From Chrysomallon squamiferum (Eukaryota; Animalia; Mollusca), in the NCBI GenBank assembly GCA_012295275.1, contig CM022676.1:1674001-1738000 (forward strand): a stretch of 64,000 nucleotides of DNA, written 5' to 3'. A program made the position numbers and the translations under genes. Each line of letters starts with the position of its first letter. Position 1 is the first letter of the stretch. The notes under the pieces were generated by a model. That model did not search any database and was not told where the DNA came from. It saw nothing but the letters and a program-made list of their open reading frames with translations. Of the stretch, positions 14,727 through 28,792 are shown in pieces.

Positions 14727-15082
14727 CAGTTATGTGACAGATATGGAAACCCAATCTGAGCTATCACAAATGACTGATGATTCAGTGATCTCAGAATGCC
14801 GCAAGAGATTTGCCTGTCTACATCTATTAGCCTTCATACCAACGAAGTCAAACAGTGAAATTTCTTTTCTTTTTTCTTCAACACCAGCCAAGATGTTTTT
14901 AAGATTGGAAACGTCACTTTCTTCAGGAGAACAGTATCCTGACAAACTGTGATCAGTGGACCAGGTGTGAGAGCTCGTTGATCATTGGTTAATAATAGAC
15001 TACTGCCTAAACAACAAACACCATTGTTTCAAAACTACACTGTCTTCCTCGGTTTCTTGTGGAACCTGCAGAACAATGGGCA

Positions 15083-15083
<1 letters not shown>

Positions 15084-15121
<38 letters not shown>

Positions 15122-15147
15122 CGTGCGTGTGTGTGTGTGTGTGTGTG
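15084..15147. repeat. (TG)n microsatellite with GCGT interruption
   Basis: Directly visible. Confidence 0.95.
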
Positions 15148-15959
15148 CACATTAAAAACAAAGAACAAAAAATTAACATTAAAAATAGATTTTTAAACAA
15201 GACCCAAAACACTGAATTATACATATTAACTTTTAAGTAATAAAAAAATCATTCTCTGTTAAAGTTTATAAAATATTCAATATTTCAAGAGGAAACACAC
15301 ATTTAACCTGAATCAATTAATTAATCATAAGTCATTCAGCCTAACAATCAAACGGTGTTTAACTTATATTTTAATATTAATACTGTCAGTGATATGTTTT
15401 ATTACATACAGCCTTTTGTCAACACATCTTATTACTCTTAGCATCACAGTGTTTTTATATGTAACCACCACACAAAACAACTGTACACATTGGCTATAAT
15501 GGAAAAAAGTACAAAAACCAGCAAAAACATCTAAAAGAAGTGAAAAAAACCTCTGTGTGCAAATCAAAAAACAATAAATAATAATAATTGAACAAACAAT
15601 ATAATAAATAGAATTAACAGATATGTTCAGCTGTGTAACTATTGTCACAATGTTTAATGATTAATTGTCATTTCTTCTCTTTTAAGATTTAATTTTTGAA
15701 ATTTGGATTTTATTGTTTATAGATTTTTGTTTCTATAATTATTACAGTTAAAAGATAATAAATAAATAAGAATTTTTTTATATATATATATTTTTTATAT
15801 TATTCACATGATATGTATATTGAGACAGAAAACAATAATAATGATGATCTTACGGGTAAAACAACAATAACAATTCATACTGTCATACTTCTTAACACCT
15901 AGGTGTAACCTGCAGGCTTCAGTGACTCACTGACAAATCTAATCGTCACACAAGTCAAA

Positions 15960-16150
15960 CAGATTAGTCATGTTTACAGGTAAACATTTGTTATACAATT
16001 GAAACAAATTGACAAGTGAACCATGTATACAATTTATTGATGTTTACAAGTAAACAAAGTGAGGTATCACATTAGTAAATAACAGTTTAGTCATGTTTGT
16101 AAGTAAACACAGTGATGTATCAAATTAGTGAAATATAGATTACTAATATT
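15960..16150. repeat. Degenerate repeat carrying TGTTTAC-NN-GTAAACA palindromes
   Basis: Copies at 15971, 16041 and (degenerate) 16094. Confidence 0.65.
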
Positions 16151-17436
16151 TACTTAATGATACAAGCAGGGAAAAAAAAAACAATCTAAAACATGTGAAA
16201 TTAAAAATTTTAAAAATAAATAAATTTGGTTTGTGGTGAAATTAATCAGTAACCTAAATATGGACTTTTTAATAAATTAATGAATAATGAAAATTTGAAA
16301 GCTAAGTTACCTCAGAATGTGTTATTAACAGTTACAACATAATTAGACATTCATTAACTGTAACAGAACAAAGATATAAATAACAAAAAAGAATTCTCAT
16401 TATCAGGGGAGGTAACCTGTAAACTGACTCTTTATTCAATGGGTAGCAGTGTTGACAGGGAAGATATTATTTTAAAAAACAACATTAACAGATTCCAGAC
16501 TAAGTAATGTACCTAAACTTAATTAAGTAAAATAAGCCGCAGCTATAAAGAGAATATTAAAAGATGGCTGTTGTTCTTCTGTTTAGTATCACATATCAGA
16601 AAACACACAGCTTCAGTTTGGAACAAGGTCAAGGGTCAGACATTAAGGAGGCATTTGGTGTCACTTAGTGAGTGTTATAGCAATGTGATTATACTTTAAT
16701 ATCTGTTCACAGCCCACAGATAGTGTTTGTGTCAAAATCTTCTCTGTAAATAAACTGACGTTTGCCATGTTACACATTTAAATTAGCAATATTTTTAACA
16801 ACATTATGCTTTTGTTAAATTGTACAGTGTTTATTTTATGCATTTTACTTTTCACAATTTAGAAAAATAAAATAAATTTACGAAAAATTACATATATCTG
16901 TATTTTGATATATAGTATATTTTATTATAAATTTGATTCATAATTAATGTTACTACATGTATCACTGCATATTTTAAAGTGGTGTTACTAAATTAGTGGT
17001 TTGATAAACAGAAGGGCTGAAATGAAATGTTATTCCTCCTTTTTCTTTTATTTCTTTTTTTTTTTTACTCTGTAATGTTGATATTCTGGTGCAGTCTTTT
17101 TCAACCATGTTCAAACATTCATACAGACAGAGAAAAAAAATAAAATGGAATAACAGATGGGAAAAGAGACAGGCTAAGTTGTTCTTGTTTATAAATAGTG
17201 TTTTCATAAACCTTCAGGCTTAAAATGAACTAATATTTAATTAGGTATTTACAGGTGAGTTTCTCAACTTACATTTATTTTACTGTATTTATTCTGTTTA
17301 TTTTACAAAACAGACTTCATTTTTTAAAAGTGTTTTTAATAGGTTTTTGTTTTGTTTTGTTTTATAAAGATAGACAGACAGACAGACAGCTAGCTAGATA
17401 GATTGACTGATAGACAGATAACTAGATAGATAGATA

Positions 17437-17438
<2 letters not shown>

Positions 17439-17490
<52 letters not shown>
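17439..17490. repeat. (TA)n microsatellite preceded by (AGAC/AGAT)n
   Basis: Directly visible. Confidence 0.95.
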
Positions 17491-17493
<3 letters not shown>

Positions 17494-17573
17494 AAGGTTT
17501 TATAATTTGTGTAATTAAAGTTGAATATAAAGGTTGAAGCTGATCTTGGTTTAAAGCCAACACGATTTTATTC

Positions 17574-17613
17574 CCTGTCTATGGACAGTGCATATAAAAG
17601 ATTGTTTGCTGCT
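17574..17613 (+). mobile_element. SINE central-domain relic
   Basis: CCTGTCTATGGACAGTGCATATAAAAGATTGTTTGCTGCT resembles, from memory, the conserved core CCTGTCTGTGGGATGGTGCATATAAAAGATCCCTTGCTGCT of molluscan tRNA-derived SINEs. Confidence 0.55.
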
Positions 17614-20600
17614 TACTATTCATAACAATTATGCAGACTTAACTTTAGTTAGTTTATGTTTTATCTAAATTGAAATCTTTTCAGAAGAATTATTATTGAG
17701 AACTCATATTAACAATTTTCAGAGCTTAAAAATGTATAACAGCTATCAATAAACATGATCTTAATTCCTGAGCAGTCTTGATCCATCATAAGAAGTATTA
17801 CAAATAAAAATATTTTGGACTCCAGATCTGCATTAATACAATGGTTAAGCAACCCTTTCCATAGTTTAGCTGAATTTGTTTATGAATATTGATTATACAT
17901 ATATCAGATTAACACTAATTCAACTTCTAAGAACTATACCATAATCCAATTCTGAAAACCATACCATATTCCAAACACAAAGGTTATTAATGCTTAACAC
18001 TGGATTAACCCTACTGCTGCTATTGACTTATAATCCATCTAATAATCCATCTACAAAAGTTAAGAACAAAGATAGTGTTATATTTCATTGCATTAGCACA
18101 ATTACATGCTCAAATAAGTTATCTATAAAGTGTTGTACATTCTATCGCCTTTCTCATTAAATGTTTATCTTCTGAGTGATAATATTTCTCTTTAACGTGA
18201 TATGTATGACAAGACATTCCTGGAAGTGATTCATTCCACTGGTTAAAAGCACACTCAAGATGTGAGAAGTCTCAGATAAATGTACTGGAAGACTCATCAA
18301 CTAAAAAGTGTAAATTTAAAAAAGATTATATAATTTTGTACATTTAGTTATAAAACATTTTCTTTTAAAGTAATCAACTAAAGTAAATGTGTGTATGTGT
18401 ACATATATATATATAAATATAATTACTTATACAGAATATTTATTTTAAATTTTAAAATCATTTATATTAATTCTTTCCTTTATTTTTTTCAGGTATGGGT
18501 AAGAACTTCACCTGATTTTACTGAGGTTTTCTTTTAGGTGTTTTCAATCACAGTTTGTTTTTACTTTTATTTTTTCCCCTTTAAGTTTAATATTTTCAAG
18601 AGATTTCAAATCATGTTTTGATTTCGTTTGTAGTAAACCTATGAAATAATGTAAGCATATAAAAGCAATTCATGGGAATTACGTAATATATAAATATGCA
18701 TCTGTTTATAAAATAAATGTTTTCAAAGAATAAAATACAAGTTTGAATAATAAAAGGAGTTTTGAATATTTATAAAGAACTGGATTTTAAAAAGAAATAA
18801 CCTGATCCCAGACTCACTGATATTTTAAACAATTATAAAAATATTACATTACTTTAAGTAAGGTGGGAGCTATACGGGTATTAAAGAGACTGACAAATGG
18901 TTTATGCCCAACTGTGGTAAATATTTTTATTATCCTCTTAAAGATAAATGTCTTCTGTATAACTGTTGCATCCATATTCATCAGCTGACTGGAAATCATC
19001 ACATTTATAATTTTAAATTAGTTGTCACTTTAAGCATTTATATGTAAAAAGGAAAGATAACACTGAAATTTACCACACACACACACACACATAAAATCAT
19101 TATTATTATTATTAATATTTGACTGAAATTAGTATAACACAGCTGATTCCTAAAGTTAGAAAAGTATATATAAAGACAGATTTTGTTTCTTTAATTTTCT
19201 AGTTTCTTTGAATTATATTTGTTTTTCTTTTCTTTAATACAGTATCTTACATAATTATAAATGTAAAACAAATTTTGTTTATTCCAAAACTATAAATATG
19301 TAAATCATGTTTTATTACAATCAAAAGCTAATATTACATTTTTACATAATTTTCATTATTCGATTTTTAAAAAAAGTGACATATAAAATCTACATCCTAT
19401 AAAAATTATGGTTAAGCAAATACAGTTTAATAAAGCTTTCATTAAAATAATAATTGTTTAAATCTGATGTACATGTGCTATCAAATGCAGTATTTTCATG
19501 TAAACTGGATAAAACTCCAAACTTTAAATGCACTAGAAAGATATTTTTTGTTAAACATTAAAACTGTCATAAACATTATCATTTACCAAAATTTACTGAA
19601 AATTTAGCATTCCAAGATATTCCATTCCAAATGGTAAATATTTTAATGAATTTAGGTTTAAATGTATTCAAAACGTGGTATTCACAAATGGTAAAAAATT
19701 AATAATGAACTGGTATTCAATTTTTTTTAATAAACTGACATTCATCAATAGTAAAAAAGTATTAATTAACTGATATTGACAGATGGTAAAAAGGTATTTT
19801 ATAACTGGTATTGTGTATGCTTTTAATGGACTGATATTCACGTCTGGACTGTCTGTTAGTGGGTTTCAAACAGACATGTTTTTGTCTGCAAACAGACAGC
19901 GTATTACTTCTTGTTCTCACCCCAGGAAACACAAACCACTTCACATTTAATGAAGCAAATCTCCTAACTTCATACCAACATTCGCTTTTTCATCTTCTGC
20001 TGCTATCCTATCCTTATTATAAAGCAAACTGTTGGCAGTTTAGCAAAACTGATTCCATGCTCCTCTTACATCTCTTGCAAACATTTTGTAATTTAATTCT
20101 GTAAATTGGCTGATTTCTAGCAGATAAATTAGGGAGGAAATATAACTGCATGAAGATATTATATAATTTAAAAATATAATTTAATTAAAAATTGTAATTC
20201 TGAAAAATGTTATTTTGAATATAGCTATGTTTTAGTTTCTTAAATATCATTTTTTATCTAAAGCATTAATGTACTTCTATAATGTTTTAAATTTTCTTAA
20301 ATTCTGATTTTATTTATATTATTTAAAGTTTATTAAAAGTTAAAGATTTAATTAAAGAAAAAGATTGATTATTCATAACATTGGAAGTTAAGTACTGATT
20401 ATTCTTAGTATTTAATGTCATTCATTTATCTAGAATTAACATTTATTCAGATTAAATGATATTTATTCACATTATCCAAAGTTTCTGTTATTAGTTATAA
20501 GTAATGGAGTTTTGTGTGTTACCTAACACAAAGTTGATGTTATAACTAACTTCCTGTGTTTAGTTATTAACTAACACATAACTGACAGTTATAACTAACT

Positions 20601-23302
20601 TGTTGTGGTTTGTGTGCTAGCTAACACTAATATGTGTAGAATGGACAGTTATGGGTGTTTTGTTGAGCCTAAGTGTCAGGTTGATAGCTAATGTAATTTG
20701 TGTTCATCTCATAAAACAGTTTATGTACACTGAGTGTTTGATAATGCTATTACTACATTTCCTTACCTGTCACTTTGACAGAATCCAAACAGGTCTGTCT
20801 TCTTTTATATTACAACAACAACAACAACAGAAGAACAAGAAATTCTGAAAGAAATTCTTAAAAATTAAATCAGTTTCCTTTATTTAAAGATGATGATATT
20901 ATTTTATAATTTTTTTATTACTTAAACTCAAAAATAATTCTGAGGAAAAAATAAAAGAACTACTAACAAAATGTGAGTTGAAAGTGTAAAAAAAAATTAT
21001 AAGCCTATATTATGCAAAAATAAAGTTAACATATGTTAATATATTACAGTGGGTAAATATATTAAACATATCAGTGTTTATTATTATTTTGTAAATTAAA
21101 TGAAAACCAAGTATGAAATACATGATCTGCAAGATATTTGTCAAATTTCAATTTTTTTGACAATGAATGAAATATGTTTATTAAATAAGATGATATTCTC
21201 TGACTGTATAAATCAACAGAGCAAGGTTGAGCATTTCTGAAAGACAGACAGGTGAGTATTTCAATAAGACAAAAGATTTTTTTTTTGAATTAAATGAAAT
21301 AAAACATTAGACAGAGGTGAGTATATCTGAGAGGTATTACTGAAAGAGAAAGATGAGTAAATCTGTGGGAGAGAGGTGAGCTTTTCAGAAAGACAGAGTG
21401 GAGTTATCTGAGGGAAGAGAGGTGAGACAGAGAGTGGCTGAGTGTTAGCGACAGCTGTGAGATGAAAACAGTGGCTGACAGAGGAACTGATGCTGTTAGA
21501 GTTAGCAGAGATGCAGTCACTACTAATTACCCAGCCTGACAGTGAAACACACATATCTCCACCAAAAATACACTCGCTTTTTTCAATTCTGCAGCTATGA
21601 ATACTCCTCTCAATAAAACTGATTAACTGTGAACTCAGTAAGTGAACCAAAACTGACTGGTTTTTTAATATGATAAAAATTTTAATGGTCTTTTTAAATA
21701 TTAATTAGTTTTAGAATCTTTTTTTTTCTTCTCTAGAACAAACAAAATATTAATCTGGAATTCTATAAATTTCTATTATTCATTATTGTTTATTTGTATT
21801 TTATCATAATCATCAATGTTTATCAATTATTTTTTTAATAAATGAAATTTATTTGTTGGTTAAGGTAAGTATATAAATCAACATTTCAGATTCTACCCAC
21901 TTTCTGTGAGAAGTGAACATTTTCTGCTTCTTCTTATTATTATCATCATTATCAGTAGTCATAGTAAATTAATTAATTAACTCTCTTGCGTCCAGTTTTA
22001 CCATTAAATAAATAAATAAAAAATCAAGTTTGGAAAAATAAATGTATAATTTTTGTTAACAATATTTTTCAGCTGGAAATTAAAAAAGAATGTGATGATA
22101 TAACATTTTTTTTTGTAATGTTTTCATGGGTAATCTATTAATCATAAATATTAAATGAAAATTATGTATTTTTGGAGTAAAAACTAATATTTACTTACTA
22201 GAAAAGTAATTTCTAGTTTTAAATTTCATATACAACAACAGAAAATACTATTAACAACATTTTGGTTATTTTTAAATAACAGCTTTAAAGAAATTGTCGA
22301 AACTATCAACCACTAGTCTATCAAAACCGTATACTTTAATTTCAATATATCATCATCATTTTTCATAGCATTTCTTTTATTTTCCTTTCAACTCAAACTG
22401 GTGACATCAAATTACAAACATTTAAAAACACATCAACAAATCCCAGCCATTGTTAGTCAAACTCCTTACCAATACCTGCTATATCAAACTGTCTCTTAAC
22501 AATTTCTATTGTCAATAGAACAAAGTCAAAAATAAAAAATGTGTGGCTTTTAAATGATGTTATCAAAACTGTGAGCATTAACATTTAAACACAACCTTTT
22601 CATTTAGCAGGGTAAAGGAATACTATTTAAGAATTGGTTTCAGCTTGGGTTCGTTGCTTTACATTAGGAAATAATCTGGTGGATGGAATCACCTGATAGC
22701 ATTGTTGTCCATGTTTACCAGGCATGGGTGATGACAAATTGTGGCCTAGAATATCATTCAAGTAGAAATGAATGATTACTACAGATGATACGGATACATT
22801 TGTAGTACCCATCCATTCTCATGTTACTTAATGGGTTGTATCTGTTTCTTTTATCAAAGTGTGTGAAGTTATCACACTGGATTCTTAGTTAGACATGGTG
22901 TAAATGTGAAGAATCATATATAAAAGGGAGGTATAAAGAAAATTTTAAAAAATATGACTTTTATGAGAATGATAAAAAATAAATTAAGACTATTTATGAA
23001 GAAATTAAATAAGAATGTGAAGAATCTTTATAAAGATATTTATATTGTCAGAATGAGAAATAAATGGGATGTGTGAAGAATTACAACATTAAAATACTAT
23101 TTAACATCTATTACTTCAGAGGACTCAATTTTCTTCTTTTGACATCAAAAAATAGTTGACATCAAAAAATGCTAATAATAAAGTATGCTGAGATATCTTT
23201 ATGATTTTTTACTATTCATCTATTGACCAGTGCAGTTTAGAAATATTTAGATTTTCTGTTTCTGAATTATGTAGTAATCAGATAATGGCTAGAATAAGAC
23301 TG

Positions 23303-23771
23303 CACAGACATTACTCAGATATTACACAGATATTACACAGACATTATGCAGATATTACACATCCATTACACATCCATTACACATACATTACACAGATATT
23401 ACAGATATCACACAGACATTACACATACATTACACAGATATTACAGATATCACACAGACATTACACATCCATTACACATACATTACACAGATATTATGCA
23501 GATATTACAGATATTACACAGACATTACACATACATTACAGATATTACAGATATCACACAGACATTACACATACATTACACAGAATTACACATACATTAC
23601 ATAGACATTACACAGACATTACACAGATATTACAGATATCACACAGACATTACACAGACATTACACAGACATTACACAGACATTATGCAGATATTACAGA
23701 TATTACAGATATCACACAGACACACAGACATTACACATACATTACACAGATATTACACATACATTACACAG
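23303..23771. repeat. Compound 9/12-bp minisatellite (CATTACACAGA / TATTACAGA variants)
   Basis: Directly visible; explains ORFs 23201..23908 and 23346..23783. Confidence 0.95.
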
Positions 23772-24233
23772 GTGGTATCATAGTTAAAATGGGAAAAACC
23801 ATATTGATGAATGTTGTTAGGATAGTAGTCAGTGACATTATCATTAAAGTGGGAGAAACAAACGGTACATTTACTGTATCATTTAACTCAGAAGTATGTA
23901 AATCTTAATAAATATCAATAAATCAGCTTATTTCTTTAGATCAATTTCTAAATGTACTGTATGTTTATATGTGTATTATTGTCTAAGTATCGTTAATATA
24001 CAAAAAATATATAAAAAACAGACTCATGTACAACATAACATTTTGGAAACGTAATTAGCAAGTTTAAAAATATCACAAGATAAATAAAAAAAAACATTTA
24101 AAAAAAAAACAGGTTGAAAATTCAGACTTGTTTATCCTTGTTTCTCATCTATCTTCTAGAGGTATTAGCAGTGATAAAGATGAAATGACTGCTGATAAGT
24201 AACAACATAATAAAAACATTTAGAGCCACTCAC

Positions 24234-24350
24234 CTTCAGTGAATCACCTGTCTCCTCTCAGCACTGTCTCTCACAGCTGATAACCAGCCCCATCCTCTGT
24301 AATCACACTGCTTCACAACTCCAGTTTCAACTCTGCTCACAGCTTTGCTT
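24234..24350 (-). other. Candidate non-coding exon
   Basis: Consensus donor AAG|GTGAGT at 24234/24233 after a purine-rich, higher-GC stretch with stops in all three frames. The 5' boundary is unknown. Confidence 0.4.
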
Positions 24351-26330
24351 CAGTTTTAAAGTCTTAATAATTCAACAATGTTATCTGTACAGCAAACTGA
24401 CCAAATGTATTTCCAGTTTAAGCCAAATTTTGTCTATTTGAATTGGTTATAATTCAGCTTCAGTATAAGCCAAATTCTGTCTATTTTGAATTCATTAAAA
24501 TAAAGATTCAGGTTTTAACAAAAATGTCACAATAATTTAACAATGTCATTTGTTTAGTTGAACTGGGTCCGAATGTAGGTTCAATAAAACTGAAGTTTGT
24601 ACAGATTAGCTGTGGCTCAGGTTTTAAACAATATCATAAAAACTTTCTTCAAATAATCTCAGTCAAGAACTTTTATCCACATCAAAACAGCAACAATCAG
24701 AAACATTCTGTACTTTATCAAGGAATATTTCTAATTTTTAAATCTTGTTTTTGTTGCTGTTGATTGTAACATCAAATGATTAGTTATTACAAGAAGAAAT
24801 GTGACAAGTTTCAGCAAAGAGAAAATCTGCAAACTGATCTAGCACATCTAATCCTGTTAAAACTGTCAAGTCATCTGAAACCATCACAATAATAACAGTT
24901 TCTGTGGGTGTAAATCAACACAATGTGAAACAGAAAAGATAATGGTCAGTAATTTCTAAAGTATCTTGTACTAATAAACTGATAGTCACTTTTCTTGATG
25001 TGTAGATTTATCTATAGTCTGCTCCTTGAATATACTGTTCTTGTATTTTGGAAACTTCAGTAATTATTATAATTTAATTTTTTGTTTTCAATATTATATA
25101 TATATGTCATGAGTGTGTGTATGTGTGTGTGTGTGTGCATGCGTGCATGTGTGTGTGTGTGTGCATGTGTGCATGTGTGTGTGTGTGGTTGTTGTTGTCT
25201 GTTAGTGATGTCCTAAAAGGTGATGTGTTATCCCAACATCACTGACAGTTTGTAGAAGTTATGTGTTTAACTTCAGACACGACTGATAACTCTTCAAACA
25301 AGCTGATCTTGTTCTGAGCAGAAAATGTTTATTTTTGTCCACCATCATTGTTCTTGTTCATTACATCTTCTTCAGAAACCCTGAAAAAAAAAAAAAAAAA
25401 AAAATAATAATAATAATAACAATAATAATAATAATAATAATAATTAAAAACAAATATGTATATAAAATTGTAACTTACTTTATTTGTATATACTGAGGTA
25501 ATAATATTTTTTATTTCTTTAAAGAACTGAAATGTAACTGCATCTCACAGAAACCAATATTGTTTTTATTCTTTTTTTAATACAACAATAAAATATATTA
25601 TATTTACAGAAGTAAATTAAAAAGCACTTACTCCATTTACTGATTTTAGCAGAACTATTTAAAATTTTTACTTTTTTAATCTATAATAACTTTAAATGTT
25701 TCTATCTTTAGATAAACATGCTTAAAGCATCAATGATGTATTAAACAGATTAATGTGTAGAATAATAACATTGTAGGAAAGAAAGAAGCACTACATTTTT
25801 ACTAAAATTCCTATTTTAAATATGTTAAAGGTATTAAAAATTATTTTTTGTGCCAAACTAATATTTTTAATGCTTCTTAAATATTCTTTCATAAATATGC
25901 ACCTCTTTCACCCATTAATTATCATTCCCCAACTGATAATCCATATGTTTCACCATAAACACTATGTCAGTTAATATCTCTACATCTCTCTAACATAAGA
26001 CAATTTCCCAGTTAACTTACCCAACTGAGTTTTAATTGTCATTGAGTCCTTGACCTGTCCAATGGGTTCTTTAAATGTCTCATTTATCATTTTCTTTAAG
26101 AAGCCATTATCTAACTGACCCATTCAAAGGATAATCCCTTCTCTTTATGTCCTCAGATCTATCCCTTTACCGTATCCTATATATGGCTTCCAAGATGGCT
26201 TTCAACTTAATTACCCATGATATCAATATAAAAGATGTGAGGGAGCACCATTCCTCAGAATCATTAGTGCCATCATTAGAATAAATATCATAAATATATA
26301 AATAAAATTACTATGGAGGATAAAAAATTT

Positions 26331-26636
26331 GTGCAAGAGGCCTCCATCAACAATGGCCACCAAATAAACAACATTTGTAAAGGGTGGAACAGTAAGTATT
26401 TTCAGCATGGTTGGCCATCATCATCCATCTGTCTGGAAAGTTACCCAGTCGTTCCAGTGTGAAGAATCCACTGTACACACCGTTCTTCAACAGGATGCAG
26501 TTGGCAACCCCTGAAGAAGTGCAAGAACAAAGGTCACATTCGCCTCCAGAGGAGACTCAAATCCTTGTGCCAGGACCGTGTCAACAGTTCCAAGTCCATT
26601 CCTGAGTTTGTGGCTGGAGTCGGACACAACATCTGT
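26331..26636 (+). pseudogene. Decayed MULE transposase C-terminal fragment
   Basis: Reads VQEASINNGHQINNICKGWNSKY / SMVGHHHPSVWKVTQSFQCEESTVHTVLQQDAVGNP / RLQRRLKSLCQDRVNSSKSIPEFVAGVGHNI. The TNN--EGWN and HP-IW motifs are recognisable, with frameshifts and a stop. Confidence 0.85.
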
Positions 26637-27502
26637 ATTACCAAGTGTTTATGAGAATAAATTTGTTCTGAATAAAATTGTTTCTTTCTTTCCTTTTACC
26701 AATAATAACAACATTGCTGACTTTATGTAAATGTTTAAAGATTGGTAACTGTGTTTTTTAAAGCTTAACAAAAAGTTGCTATTTTAAAATATATTGTGGT
26801 TTTTAAAAATAGTAAAAAATATTTTCAACTTTATAAAAATATTTTGAAAGAGTATTTCTGTGTTTATTCAAGTATTAATATGATAAGAACAAAAATGTTG
26901 CTGTCTTTAAAAAAATTACCTTTTTTTTTTAATGATAATAAAAATATTACTGTCTTGACAGATAGTTATGTCTGTGATTTAAAAGCAATAAAACATTCCT
27001 ATCTTTATAGAAATATTTAAAGGTGTATGAAGGTGTATTTGTAAATACATTAATATAACAAAAACATTACTGTATAAATGCTTTAAATATATATGACTTA
27101 TACCAAATAGAACTTTGTAAGAAATGTTTTAAAAGTGTGTGGCTATAAATATATAAATGAAATAACAAAAGCATTGCTACATAAATGTTTAAAAAGTGTT
27201 GACTGTGACAACATGTTGTTGAACTGTTGTGGATTGACACCCACATAATAGTATAAGTGACACAGAACAGAATAAACTGTGACAGGTGAATAAAACTCAG
27301 TGAAGAGCTGTGTGAAGACACAGGGCCACAGCCACAATGTCATACAGGGGGTGCAGTAAGACGTTCTGGCTCTAATCCCTCGAGGTATATAAATAATTTT
27401 AAAAATTAAGAAGAAAAATTAAAACAGTAGGAATGTGCCACCTAATTTCCAGTGAAATGCTTTTACAACTATAGGCATTTTATTTAGTTATACTGCATCA
27501 AA

Positions 27503-27610
27503 ACCATTCACAGAACTGGCTTCTGATTAGCAGCAAGGGACATTGCAGAGACAGGACAGTTGTCTCAATGCTTGCTCTCTGTCACCTGTTGTGAAGCACT
27601 GGATAGAAAT
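27503..27610 (-). mobile_element. SINE relic (same family, reverse orientation)
   Basis: GATTAGCAGCAAGGGA...AGACAGGACAG...TGTGAAGCACTGG is the reverse complement of the same core and partly complementary to 17574-17613. Confidence 0.55.
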
Positions 27611-28538
27611 AAACAGTTCTATGTGTAGGTTATAGACAATAACAGTATACAAAATGATAAACATATGGTTTAGACAATGAAACAAAGTACAAGGGTAATT
27701 TAGACAATAAAATATATACAAGACTTAGACTATTACATGAAGTATTGAAGAGACTGGATGATAATAATATTGTAGATTAATGATCAAGGGATGTTCTCAG
27801 CAATTAAATATATGTTTTCAGACAACAAACTTAGATAACTACATGGTTTAGACAATAAAATAAATGGTTTAGTCAAAGGCTTAGATCAAACACCATATTT
27901 GACTCTTGAGGCTGACTGAACATTATGACCATACTAGGCTCACTGCACACAGAGTTCGTTTGGGTTAAATGTTGCGCTGAACAAAATTCAAAATCATTTG
28001 ATGTTTATACATGGGAGTTGCTGGTAGGCAATAAAACAGGTTTAATGTACACCCAATGGTTACCTATCACTGTAAATTACTACTTTGATTTTTCTAAACT
28101 CTTTTGTTCACATTCCACCTGTGAACCATTTATGCATACACACACAAAAAATTAAAAAAGAAAAAAGAAAAAATTCTCTTAAGAAAATGACTCCAGCAAA
28201 GACCAGATCATTTCAAATAATATACATTCTTGCTATAATTTCACTTTATCATCTGTGAACCCAAGCCAAAGATATTTTGTGGCTCCCCGTGTGATGATTT
28301 TTAACAGTGTGCTAGGTTTGCTGGCCCAGAGAGCTTATTCACAAAGCCTAACAATGGACAAACAGGTCTACTCAACTAGAAGTCCTTTTTCCCTTTGTAC
28401 TCAACCAATCTCAGCACTTTTTAAAGCAATCTATCATGATGGCAACAACAATAGCAGCTCACCACGAGTGTCACAAGATCTTTGGTAAATCCCCTGACTG
28501 AAGTCACAGTTTGCTGTCAAGTAGTTTTAAAATGTCAC

Positions 28539-28792
28539 TTTTTGTGTTTGAAGTGATTTTAAAAATCACTGTTTTTGTGTTTGAAGTGTTTAAATTTTTT
28601 TATAGTATTTTTGTGTTTGAAGTGATTTTAAAAATCACTGTTTTTGTGTTTGAAGTGTTTAAATTTTTTTATAGTATTTTTGTGTTTGAAGTGATTTTAA
28701 AAATCACTGTTTTTGTGTTTGAAGTGTTTAAATTTTTTTATAGTATTTTTGCGTTTGAAGAGATTTTAAAAATCAATGTTTTTGTAGGTGAA
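28539..28792. repeat. Minisatellite, 69 bp x ~3.6 (dimer of ~33+36-bp subunits)
   Basis: TTTTTGTGTTTGAAGTG recurs twice per unit. Each unit carries the near-palindrome GTGATTTTAAAAATCAC. Confidence 0.95.

Noticed and set aside
23201-23908. 235-aa and 145-aa His/Thr/Ile-rich ORFs
   Set aside because: They are translations of a stop-free 9/12-bp minisatellite open in several frames, with no domain or gene context.
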